This document shows positions 29,390 to 38,602 of a stretch of DNA of 38,986 bases, in pieces. The notes below the pieces were generated by a model. The model saw only the letters and a program-made list of their open reading frames with translations, was not told the DNA's origin and did not search any database. Origin of the DNA: an uncultured Opitutales bacterium (GTDB taxonomy: Bacteria; Verrucomicrobiota; Verrucomicrobiia; Opitutales; UBA9783); the NCBI GenBank assembly GCA_964582055.1, contig CAZOPT010000004.1:1-38986 (forward strand). The letters are read 5' to 3'. The position numbers and the translations under genes were made by a program. The first letter of the stretch is position 1, and the number at the start of each line of letters is the position of its first letter.

Positions 29390-29550
29390 CAATAACGAAC
29401 TCCTGGGGCAATCGGCATAGACTTTTCCCAACCCGCAGGTCTTCCCCAAGGCAAGCGAGATTCATCCAATGCTTCTGTACTTTCCACGGTTTGAGAACAC
29501 CCTCCAAGCAAACCTAAGATAACAAATATTAAACAATAAAAAGGTCTCAT
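29389..29550 (-). CDS. Small lipoprotein (53 aa), absent from the ORF track
   Basis: MRPFYCLIFVILGLLGG-CSQTVESTEALDESRLPWGRPAGWEKSMPIAPGVRY. Lipobox LGGC, TAATG overlap with pgi and TGATG overlap with xth. Confidence 0.8.
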   Translation of the reverse strand: MRPFYCLIFVILGLLGGCSQTVESTEALDESRLPWGRPAGWEKSMPIAPGVRY

Positions 29551-31124
29551 TACTTTTTCTTTATGCAATAGGTACTTTTGGTTAAAGGCAACAACTTATT
29601 TCTAAAAATACGCTTATTGGCAGCTAAATACTCTAAAATCTTGAAAACATTTTCTACGTCTGAAGCCAAATTTAAAGCACTAGCGACTTCTTCTGGACTG
29701 AAATAATAACCTGCTCGTTCGCTTAAAAACTGTATAATTTGTTGCTGAATGTTAAGGAATTTTTTAGCAGCTTTTTTACCTGCTTCAACTCCTGGTTGAT
29801 GATAGGCATTAATACGCACAAAACTTGCATAAAATCCAACAGCACGTTCAAATAAAGCCACTAAAGCACCTAAACTTTGTGCATTAAGATGTTTCATCGT
29901 CAAGGTAATCGAAGGTCGATTAACTTCCGTTAAAGCTTCTCGTGTCCCTAAAAAGAACCCTTCAAGGAAGTCACCGCTCGTAAGCTCACCTTCAACTTTT
30001 ACATGAGATGCATTACGTGGTACTTGGACCTCAATAAAGGTTACAAAGCTATCATTCAATCCATCCCGTAGTTGTTGTACATAAGCATGTTGGTCGGTAG
30101 AACCCTTGTTGCCATAGACTGTCAAACCTTGGAAAACTTTACGACCATCTAATGATAACTTCTTTCCTAAGGATTCCATAATCAGTTGTTGCAAATACTT
30201 GGGAAATAAGGCCAAAGAATCTTTATAAGGTATAACAACCATGTTCTTTTTACCACAACCTTCTGTACAGAAATACCAAGATAAAGCTAACATCATCCCA
30301 GGATTGCTCAAAACTTCTGTATTACGCGTTAAAATGTCCATTTCGGTTGCACCTTGTACCAATGCACTGATATCAATATTTTGCAAAGCACAAGGCAATA
30401 AACCAACATTGCTAAACAAACTTGTTCTTCCACCAACCCAATCCCACATGGGAAAACGAGCCAACCATTCTTCTTTCTGTGCCAATTGATCTAACTCACT
30501 ACCTTCACATGTAACCGCAACAGCATGCTTATTGAAGGGAATTTTTTGCTTCTCAAATGCAGCACGTACCTCCATCAAACCGTTACGAGGTTCAGGTGTA
30601 CCACCAGACTTAGATATCGTTAGTACAAGCGTTTGTCCTAAATGTTTATTTAATTTCTTAAGAACACGATGAATGCCATCTGGATCGGTATTATCGATAA
30701 AAACTGCATGCAGTCCCTTAGGTTTGCGATCTAAGGCTTCAGAAAGCAATTGTGGTCCTAAAGCCGAACCTCCAATACCGATGCAAAGTAAGGTCTTAAA
30801 TGGCCCAGAACTACCTTGTATTTCCTGATTAATAATTTTATCAGCAAAAGCCCTTACCTTCAGCCAATTATCATGTAACACAATATTAATCGCTTGTTTA
30901 GGAGCCAATTGAAAATTACGCAACCAATAATGTCCAACCATACGTTTCTCATCTGGATTCGATAAATGTCCTGCTTCTAAGGCTTCCATTTCATTAAAAG
31001 CGCGAACAATTTTAGATTGCATAGAATGCAAAAAATTATCTTTAAAAAACACCTTACTTGTATCCAATGAAAGCTTTAATGGATGTAAATAAACAAAATA
31101 CTTTTTAAACGTTTCCCAACTCAT
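29550..31124 (-). CDS. pgi: Glucose-6-phosphate isomerase
   Basis: GIGGSALGP, ISKSGGT, WVGGRTS, QQLIMESLGK, GSTDQHAY, HQPGVEAGK. Confidence 0.97.
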   Translation of the reverse strand: MSWETFKKYFVYLHPLKLSLDTSKVFFKDNFLHSMQSKIVRAFNEMEALEAGHLSNPDEKRMVGHYWLRNFQLAPKQAINIVLHDNWLKVRAFADKIINQEIQGSSGPFKTLLCIGIGGSALGPQLLSEALDRKPKGLHAVFIDNTDPDGIHRVLKKLNKHLGQTLVLTISKSGGTPEPRNGLMEVRAAFEKQKIPFNKHAVAVTCEGSELDQLAQKEEWLARFPMWDWVGGRTSLFSNVGLLPCALQNIDISALVQGATEMDILTRNTEVLSNPGMMLALSWYFCTEGCGKKNMVVIPYKDSLALFPKYLQQLIMESLGKKLSLDGRKVFQGLTVYGNKGSTDQHAYVQQLRDGLNDSFVTFIEVQVPRNASHVKVEGELTSGDFLEGFFLGTREALTEVNRPSITLTMKHLNAQSLGALVALFERAVGFYASFVRINAYHQPGVEAGKKAAKKFLNIQQQIIQFLSERAGYYFSPEEVASALNLASDVENVFKILEYLAANKRIFRNKLLPLTKSTYCIKKK

Positions 31125-31162
31125 AACTTATTTTAAATACATTTTCAAATTTTTTGCAACTT

Positions 31163-33130
31163 TTATCGTGTACGTTCTACAATATCTCTTTGCAACCAAG
31201 CCTTTAAAGCTGCTAATTTTTCATTAGCTTCTTGCTTAATTTGTACCAAAGCATCTCCTTCTTCAATCTCAGCATGTACATATAAATACATCTTCAATTT
31301 GGGTTCTGTACCGCTTGGACGAATGGCAACACTGCAACCATTAAGCATACGCATAATCATGAAATCTGCTTGTGGTATTGCTTTACCATCTGCATCTGCA
31401 AAAAGACTTTCATCTTTAAAATCTTGAACGGATAATACCCGACTTTCTGCAATACGTTTAGGTGCATTATTCCTGTAAGAAGCCATAAGATGTTGTATCT
31501 TTTGTACACCTTCTGCACCTTCAAAACTAAAGCTTAACAAATCCTCATTAAAATAACCATACTTGCAGTAAATTTCATCAAGGTAATCTTTAAAACGAAT
31601 TTCTTTCGCTCGGAAGTAAGCAATTAATTCGCAAAACATAAATGTAGCCGCATTTGCATCTTTATCACGCACTGCATCATTTGCTAAAAAACCACAACTT
31701 TCTTCTGCTGCTAAGAGCAAAAAAGATCCGTATTTAAGCATGAAATCTTTACGTGCTTGGTAAGAACAGCGAGTATAATCTATTTTTAATCCTTTTGAAC
31801 GAAGTAAACGTTCCGTAAGTGATTGCTCATAGTCATGCAATTTTTCTCCCATCCATTTAAAACCAGTATGGGTTTCAATAAGCTTTAAACCATTTTTAGA
31901 AGCAAAAGATTTCAACAAAGGCGTTGTCACCAAAGACTTTATAATCACCAGTTTGGAAAGATCCTTTTCGGTTATTAATTCCAAACGTTTCATGGTTTGC
32001 AAACGATATTCTGCTAGCATAATAGCTATCATGTTGCCATTTAACAAACACCATTCTCCCTTGGAATCACGTAAACAAGCTGACATTCGGTCACCATCAG
32101 GATCGGTTGCAATAATCACATCTGCATCACACCTATCAGCAGTTTCAATCGCTAACGCTAAAGATTCTTTATTATCAGGATTGGGCAATTTAACCGTTGG
32201 AAAACCTCCATCCATTTTCATCTGCTCTTCGACAGGCTGCAAATCCCATTCGAAGTTTTTCATAAGGGGAACAATACAAACCGATCCCGTTCCATGCATC
32301 GGTGTATAAACAACTTTTGTACCTTTCAATTTTTTAAATAAAAGACGATCCAATAAGGCATCCTGTACACATTCCAAATAAGCTTCATCAATTAATGGCG
32401 ATAAATGGAACATATAACGAAAATCTTTTTCTAAAAAATCCAAAATCTCAGCGTATTCGATTTGTTGAATTTGGCGCGTAATACCATGGGCATGAGTTTC
32501 ATTAATCTGAGCACCATCTTCGAAATACACCTTAAATCCATTATCAAAAAAAGGATTGTGACTTGCGGTAATCATAACCCCAGCAGTTGTTCTCAAATAA
32601 CGAACAGAAAAACTGAGTTGTGGCGTAGATCGAGGTCCATCAAAAACATAAACATCACCACCCAAAATACTCCAAGTAGACGCAACTAATTCACAAAAAT
32701 GCTTTGAAAAATAACGTGAATCATGAGCCACTACCAAACTAGGACGACGTTGATATTCGCAAGAGATTTCTAAATAAGCTTTACAGTAATTAAATAATCC
32801 TAATGTAGCAGCAATTACATTAAAATCATTCATGCAATTACATCCAACGGCTGCCCTTAAATATAACTGTTTTTCAGCATCGTATTCAGCACTTGTAGGC
32901 ATCGTACCTATAATACGGCCCCGCATTCCTGCTGTACCAAAATCAATGCGCTTAAAAAAACGATTATTTAACTCTTCCCAAGCTTCTTTTTCAACTAATT
33001 CTTCAATGCTTTTTATTGCAAACTCAGGTAAATTTTCTGTACGAATAAATTCAAGAATATTCTCAAGGGTTGACTTTAATAATTGATTTTCTTCAAAAGC
33101 TTTTTCTAAATATTCCACGAGTGTCTTCAT
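31163..33130 (-). CDS. pgm: Phosphoglucomutase/phosphomannomutase
   Basis: FGTAGMRG, ITASHNP, DPDGDR, TGFKW, EES, RPSGTEPK. GGAGG lies 6 nt before ATG 33130. Confidence 0.93.
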   Translation of the reverse strand: MKTLVEYLEKAFEENQLLKSTLENILEFIRTENLPEFAIKSIEELVEKEAWEELNNRFFKRIDFGTAGMRGRIIGTMPTSAEYDAEKQLYLRAAVGCNCMNDFNVIAATLGLFNYCKAYLEISCEYQRRPSLVVAHDSRYFSKHFCELVASTWSILGGDVYVFDGPRSTPQLSFSVRYLRTTAGVMITASHNPFFDNGFKVYFEDGAQINETHAHGITRQIQQIEYAEILDFLEKDFRYMFHLSPLIDEAYLECVQDALLDRLLFKKLKGTKVVYTPMHGTGSVCIVPLMKNFEWDLQPVEEQMKMDGGFPTVKLPNPDNKESLALAIETADRCDADVIIATDPDGDRMSACLRDSKGEWCLLNGNMIAIMLAEYRLQTMKRLELITEKDLSKLVIIKSLVTTPLLKSFASKNGLKLIETHTGFKWMGEKLHDYEQSLTERLLRSKGLKIDYTRCSYQARKDFMLKYGSFLLLAAEESCGFLANDAVRDKDANAATFMFCELIAYFRAKEIRFKDYLDEIYCKYGYFNEDLLSFSFEGAEGVQKIQHLMASYRNNAPKRIAESRVLSVQDFKDESLFADADGKAIPQADFMIMRMLNGCSVAIRPSGTEPKLKMYLYVHAEIEEGDALVQIKQEANEKLAALKAWLQRDIVERTR

Positions 33131-34505
33131 AATCATCCTCCAAATACAATCCTTCTAATTCTTTGTATTTACGAGGCATACAATCCCATTTAACAGAAAA
33201 TTCCCGAGCATCTTCAGCAAATAATGGACTTACCTCTAAGAGTCTATTGTTAAGAAGAACACACTTTTCTGCAAGCTTTTTCTCATCAAAAATACACTTT
33301 CTTCTCAACCAACTCAACCAACAATGCGTTTGATCTTTTAAACAGGTTTCCGGGGTATCATTTCCGATTGCATTTTTTACCGGACTAAATTCTTCTTCAC
33401 GTACTACTTCAAGCAATAAGGGATTACGTGCATAAGGTAAAGCATCAAAAATAAAACTCTCCAACTTATAAACAAGCTGTTTACATTCCTCTTGAGAATC
33501 CGGATTCCAGGCTTTCATTTGTTTTTTAACAGCATGATAAGGTAATTTTATTTCTGTGGCTTTTTTAATAAACGCCAAAGACAAAAGATGTATAGCGGTA
33601 TTACCATATCGAAAAATAAGTTGCCCTGATTTATCCTGTTTTTCGGCCAATTTATCTGGCATTTCAGAGTATTCTACTAAACGCAACCCATTACCTTCTT
33701 GAACAAATACTCCCACACGTTCTTCTGGATTTTTCTTAGCAATGACTTTTGTAGAAAAATCTGAATTCTCTATAAGATGTAAACCCAAAAATAAGGTATC
33801 TCCCAAAATAACAAGCGGATTATCAACCTGAAAATAACTAATTGTTTTTACGCCCCAATCTTCTAAATTCTTCAACAAATTATTTTTTTTCAAAGCATTA
33901 AAAACCCCTCCATGGCCATCAGGGAAATAACGTACAGACCCATTTCCTTGAATTAAACAGTGCTTTTTGCTATCAAAAGCAGGAACTGTTCCTTGCTTAA
34001 AGAAATGTACATAGTTCAAATCATACCAATTATATTGTTGGAATGCTGCAACGGTAGCCTCATGCGTGTCATCACTCGTCATAATTAACCAATGAAAAGG
34101 TCGCTTATAACGCCGTTGTAAAGCAACCAATTTCTCAGAAAACACTTGAAACAAAGGCTTTCTTTTTAAAGGAGTTACCGGAAATAAACCTTTCGGACCA
34201 TCAAAATTCAGACGCGTTCCAAGCCCTCCAGCAACAGTTAAAAAAGCAACTTCACCATTTTTAAAACATTGCAAACCTTCAATCCGCAGGGCCTCATTTA
34301 AACGATTTTTATCAAAACAATGAGGACATTCCCATAATTGCTCATTCTTTAAAAGACCATGCTCTGTTTGATTTAAAGATTGAAAATAAATAGCCCAATT
34401 TTCAGGTGTTTTTTCATCAAAAGACTGCTGAAAGCATTTCCTTTGGTCTTGAGATAAGTACGACAAAAAATATTCTAATTGTTTTTCCAAAATGAATTTT
34501 AGCAA
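33093..34505 (-). CDS. Eukaryote-type (UDPGP family) UDP-GlcNAc/UDP-hexose pyrophosphorylase
   Basis: VAGGLGTRL..PKG, IMTS, FFKQ, PDGHGG, QVDNPL, VEYSE, KLESFIFD, EFSPVKN. Confidence 0.9.
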   Translation of the reverse strand: MLKFILEKQLEYFLSYLSQDQRKCFQQSFDEKTPENWAIYFQSLNQTEHGLLKNEQLWECPHCFDKNRLNEALRIEGLQCFKNGEVAFLTVAGGLGTRLNFDGPKGLFPVTPLKRKPLFQVFSEKLVALQRRYKRPFHWLIMTSDDTHEATVAAFQQYNWYDLNYVHFFKQGTVPAFDSKKHCLIQGNGSVRYFPDGHGGVFNALKKNNLLKNLEDWGVKTISYFQVDNPLVILGDTLFLGLHLIENSDFSTKVIAKKNPEERVGVFVQEGNGLRLVEYSEMPDKLAEKQDKSGQLIFRYGNTAIHLLSLAFIKKATEIKLPYHAVKKQMKAWNPDSQEECKQLVYKLESFIFDALPYARNPLLLEVVREEEFSPVKNAIGNDTPETCLKDQTHCWLSWLRRKCIFDEKKLAEKCVLLNNRLLEVSPLFAEDAREFSVKWDCMPRKYKELEGLYLEDDYEDTRGIFRKSF

Positions 34506-34511
34506 TAACTG

Positions 34512-34880
34512 TTAATACATTTCTTGTGCGTCACGCTCTTTCAATTCTTCGTCAATTTCATTTAGCAATTGAAATGTTCGATGTGCCTTATCTAAAGCAG
34601 CATCCCAAACAAAAAACAGTTGTGGCATGTACTTTAAACGCACCATTTTAGCAACACGATATTGAATAACCTTACGTATCTTCTTTAAAAATTCAAAAGA
34701 TTTTTTCTTCTCATCAGGACTAAATACAGAAAAATAAACATCTGCAGCTTTTAAATCCGCAGTTACTTTTACTTGAGTAATCGTAATACTTACTGCTTCT
34801 GCCGTAAAATTTTGATGCAAACAATCACTAATGGCACGCTTCAAAAGTTCATTAACGCGAATAATTCTAAAGTTTTCCAT
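34512..34880 (-). CDS. rbfA: Ribosome-binding factor A
   Basis: RVNELLKR, ITQVKVTADL..A.VY, RLKYMPQLFF. Follows infB. Confidence 0.92.
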   Translation of the reverse strand: MENFRIIRVNELLKRAISDCLHQNFTAEAVSITITQVKVTADLKAADVYFSVFSPDEKKKSFEFLKKIRKVIQYRVAKMVRLKYMPQLFFVWDAALDKAHRTFQLLNEIDEELKERDAQEMY

Positions 34881-34882
34881 AA

Positions 34883-37180
34883 TTACAAATCCGGTTGACG
34901 TGATACCATTTCATAGCATTCAATCACATCACCTTCTTGGAAGGTTTCTGCTAAATTACTCAACTCAATACCACATTCATAACCCGATTTAACTTCCGTA
35001 ACATCATCCTTAAAGCGCTTTAACATTTGAATATGTGTATCTGCAAGCACTTTGCCAGAACGAATAAGTCGTGCAGCTCCATCGCGAACCATACGACCTG
35101 CAACGACCATGCAACCTGCAATTTGACTCTTTGAAAGCGCAAAAACCTTACGAATTTCAGCAGAACCTAACTTATTTTCAGACCATTCTGGATCCAACAA
35201 TTCACGCATTGCATCCTTAACCTGATCAATTAATTCGTAAATAACATTATGTTGTAAAATGCGAATTTGATGATGTTTTGCAGCTGCTTGAACGCCATTT
35301 TCAAGACGTGTATTAAATCCAACAACAATTGCTTGAGCAGCATGTGCTAGATTTATATCATTCAAATTAATTTGCCCTACCTGAGCATCAACAATCTCTA
35401 AAGAAACCTTCTGACTTTGAATCCCCATCAAACAATCCGACAAGGCCTCAACACTACCATGTACATCTGCGCGAAGAATTACTTTCAAAACCTTCTTTTC
35501 GGTCGATTGAATGGCAGCCATCAATTCTTCAACATTCTTAACTTTGTGCGTACTATTTGCCTCATCTTGCTTCAATTGACGTGCTACTTCTTCAGCTTCA
35601 CGACGCGCTTCTTTCTCATTTTTGACAACACGGAAATCAGCTCCAGCATCCGGTGCACCCGACCAACCTAAAATCTGAACAGGTGTTGCTGGCGTAGCTT
35701 CTTTCATCTTTTCACCATTTTCATTTAAAAGCGCACGAACTTTACAAAAATGAGGTCCACAAACAAGTACATCCCCAGCTCTCAAAGTTCCCTTATTGAC
35801 AATCACAGTTGTTGTTGCTCCACGCCCTACCTCAATACGGGATTCAATAATAACACCTTCCGCAGAACCTTTTGGGTTAGCCTTCAATTCCATCATTTCG
35901 GCTTGCAAGAGCACCAATTCCAATAATTTAGAAACATTTGTTCCCTTAAGCGCAGAAATGCCAGTACAAAGTGTCTCCCCACCCCAATCTTCTGAAGTAA
36001 TGCCATGTTTTTGCATCTGTTGCTTAATTTTATCCTCGTTAGCTCCCTTGGCATCAATCTTATTAATCGCAACGATAACAGGAACATTTTCTCTTTGAAC
36101 AAATTGCAAAGCTTCTTCTGTTTGAGGCATAAAGCCATCATCAGCTGCTACAACAAGAATGGCAATGTCGGTAACAGTTGCACCCCGTTGACGTATTTTC
36201 GAAAAAGCGGCATGTCCAGGTGTATCCAAAAATGTAATCTTCCTGCCTTCATGTTCCACTTGATAAGCACCAACGTGTTGAGTAATACCACCTGCTTCCT
36301 TAGCTGCAACATGGGCTTTGCGAATATAATCTAACAAAGTCGTTTTTCCGTGATCCACATGTCCCAAAATACAAACAATCGGTGGACGAGGTTCTAAATA
36401 CTTAAGTTCCTCATCCTTCCGCTTTTTTTCTTCATCCAACTTTCTTTGTTGTGGATTTTCTACGATTGGCGTACGATGTTTTAAAATTAACTCTACTTTA
36501 TACTTGTTCGCAATTTTTTGAGCAATTGTCTCATCAATAGTTTGATTCATGGAGGCAAAAATACCTTGCTCCATCAATTCCGAAATCAAACGAAAAGGCT
36601 TTATATTCAATAAATTTGCAAAATCACGAACTACAATCGGTGGCTTCAACGTTATTTGACGAACCTCTTCAGGTTCATCTGCTTTTACTTCAGCCTTAGT
36701 CTGTAAGTTAGGTCTTGGTTGGATCTGTGGAGCCCGCATAATCGGCGGCTTTGGCATTAACAAATTTACTTTTGGTAAAACAACTGAATTCTTCGGAGGC
36801 AATTTTGGCATCTCCAATTTAGTTGTCAAATCCAACTTTTTTTCTTCCATTTTCAGACTAACTGGCTCACGTGACGCAACCTGACTTGCATTTGCCACCA
36901 CGAAAGTGCTTGGTTTTTTAGGAAGTGCAGATGCAGTTTTAACAGTAACAGGTGCTGGTTTTTCAACGGACAGTTTCTTCTCCGACTTCTTCTCAGTAAT
37001 AGGCTCCTCAGAAGCTTTTTGTCCATGATTTTGAAATTCCTTTAAAAATTCTTCAGCGTAAAGATTAGGTATGGTACTAGAAGGACTTTTGACATCCATC
37101 CCTCTTTTTTGAAGTAGCTCAAGGACTTTTTTGTTTTCCATATTGAGCTGACGCGCCAATTGATAAATCCTTACACTCAT
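34883..37180 (-). CDS. infB: Translation initiation factor IF-2
   Basis: GHVDHGKTT, GGITQH, DTPGH, NKID, IIESR..GRG, GYECGI. Pro/Lys-rich N-terminal linker. Confidence 0.99.
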   Translation of the reverse strand: MSVRIYQLARQLNMENKKVLELLQKRGMDVKSPSSTIPNLYAEEFLKEFQNHGQKASEEPITEKKSEKKLSVEKPAPVTVKTASALPKKPSTFVVANASQVASREPVSLKMEEKKLDLTTKLEMPKLPPKNSVVLPKVNLLMPKPPIMRAPQIQPRPNLQTKAEVKADEPEEVRQITLKPPIVVRDFANLLNIKPFRLISELMEQGIFASMNQTIDETIAQKIANKYKVELILKHRTPIVENPQQRKLDEEKKRKDEELKYLEPRPPIVCILGHVDHGKTTLLDYIRKAHVAAKEAGGITQHVGAYQVEHEGRKITFLDTPGHAAFSKIRQRGATVTDIAILVVAADDGFMPQTEEALQFVQRENVPVIVAINKIDAKGANEDKIKQQMQKHGITSEDWGGETLCTGISALKGTNVSKLLELVLLQAEMMELKANPKGSAEGVIIESRIEVGRGATTTVIVNKGTLRAGDVLVCGPHFCKVRALLNENGEKMKEATPATPVQILGWSGAPDAGADFRVVKNEKEARREAEEVARQLKQDEANSTHKVKNVEELMAAIQSTEKKVLKVILRADVHGSVEALSDCLMGIQSQKVSLEIVDAQVGQINLNDINLAHAAQAIVVGFNTRLENGVQAAAKHHQIRILQHNVIYELIDQVKDAMRELLDPEWSENKLGSAEIRKVFALSKSQIAGCMVVAGRMVRDGAARLIRSGKVLADTHIQMLKRFKDDVTEVKSGYECGIELSNLAETFQEGDVIECYEMVSRQPDL

Positions 37181-37198
37181 AATTACACCAACTTACTA

Positions 37199-38443
37199 TT
37201 ACTTATTTAAAACTTCTTTTGCTTCTTTCAAAATAGCGCTTGCCTCTTCCGTTGTGATACCACAAGCAACCAAATCACCTTCTGTTACACCTTCAAAAGC
37301 TTCTAAACTGGTAATACCCATTTCCACCAATTGAGCCGCAGTTTGACTGGAAATCGAAGGCAATTGCGAAAGAACTTGCATGGCATGAACTTTTTTCTCT
37401 TCGAAACCAAACTCAACTCGCTGCAAACGATTAACTTCAATTTGCCAATTCAACAAGCGAGAGGTTAAACGTAAATTCTGCCCTTTCTTGCCAACAAAAA
37501 TGGCAAAATCTTTTTCCTCTAACTCAAAACGAATAATATGATTTTCTTCATCAACAGAAATGGATAATGGAGTTGCTGGACGTACTGCTTCACGCAATAA
37601 AACTAAAATATCATTTGAATAACGAATGACGTCTATTTTTTCTTGTCCTAATTCCTTCAAAACATTCTTAATACGAGAACCACGTGTACCCACACAAGCT
37701 CCAACAGGATCAATTTTACTGTCTTTTGTATCAATGCAAATCTTTGTTCGATAACCAGGATCACGCACAATAGCACGAATAACAATCGTTCCTTCAGCAA
37801 GTTCTAAAACTTCATTTTCAAGCAACTTGCGAACGAAATCGACATGACTACGTGTAATAATTAATTCTGGTCCTCTTGGCGTATTCTTAATTTCTTGAAG
37901 CAAGCAACAAATACGTTCTCCAGGCACATAATCATCGCTCCAAATCGAATCTTTTCGATGTAAAACTGCTTCAGCCTTGCCAAAATCAATAGTTAAATCA
38001 CCCTTATCTTTATAACGAACAATACCCGAAATAATGGTACCTACACGGTCTTGATATTGTTCATAAATGTGCTCTTTTTCGAAACGTCGAATTTGATGCA
38101 TGATCGATTGACGTGCCGTTTGAGCTGCAATACGTCCTAAATAAGAAGGATCTATCTCTTTCTCAAAGATACCCCCTAATTCTACATTAGGATCAAACTG
38201 TTTTGCCGTTGTAATATTAATTTCATTAACCGAATCACTTACCGAATCAACGACTTTTAATTGTGCCCAAGCTTTCAAACTTCCCGTACGTGGATCGATT
38301 TCAACGCGTACGTCTTGCCCTGAATTTAAACTCTTCTTAGCCGCATTGCTCACCGCAGCAGCAATGGATCTAATCATGACATCACGACTGATGCCTTTTT
38401 CCTTCTCCATGTATTCTAGGACAGATAATAATTCGCTTCTCAT
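37199..38443 (-). CDS. nusA: Transcription elongation factor NusA
   Basis: GRIAAQTARQ, RDPGYRTK, DPVGACVG..GSRI, GKKGQNLRL. Start reassigned to MRSELL (38443). Confidence 0.97.
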   Translation of the reverse strand: MRSELLSVLEYMEKEKGISRDVMIRSIAAAVSNAAKKSLNSGQDVRVEIDPRTGSLKAWAQLKVVDSVSDSVNEINITTAKQFDPNVELGGIFEKEIDPSYLGRIAAQTARQSIMHQIRRFEKEHIYEQYQDRVGTIISGIVRYKDKGDLTIDFGKAEAVLHRKDSIWSDDYVPGERICCLLQEIKNTPRGPELIITRSHVDFVRKLLENEVLELAEGTIVIRAIVRDPGYRTKICIDTKDSKIDPVGACVGTRGSRIKNVLKELGQEKIDVIRYSNDILVLLREAVRPATPLSISVDEENHIIRFELEEKDFAIFVGKKGQNLRLTSRLLNWQIEVNRLQRVEFGFEEKKVHAMQVLSQLPSISSQTAAQLVEMGITSLEAFEGVTEGDLVACGITTEEASAILKEAKEVLNK

Positions 38444-38602
38444 AGGATTATTATAATAAAAAAACTTTTTAGCGACATTTGTCAATCATTGCCTCAAGTT
38501 TTTAACAAAGGAACATTTTAAAACCTATTCCAATTAAAAGAGCTTAATCCTAATAACATCAACAGGACTAAGCTCTTCCGTATTGTTTCTATTACACGAA
38601 AT

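Noticed and set aside
29390-29520. GC-richer stretch upstream of xth resembling an ncRNA or riboswitch
   Set aside because: Fully explained by the 53-aa lipoprotein ORF, and no known RNA motif was recognised.
854-36334. Numerous 60-130 aa ORFs antisense to or overlapping conserved genes (e.g. 5264..5590, 7226..7615, 15256..15537, 24645..25031, 31953..32309)
   Set aside because: Shadow frames of well-supported genes, with no motifs or independent signals.
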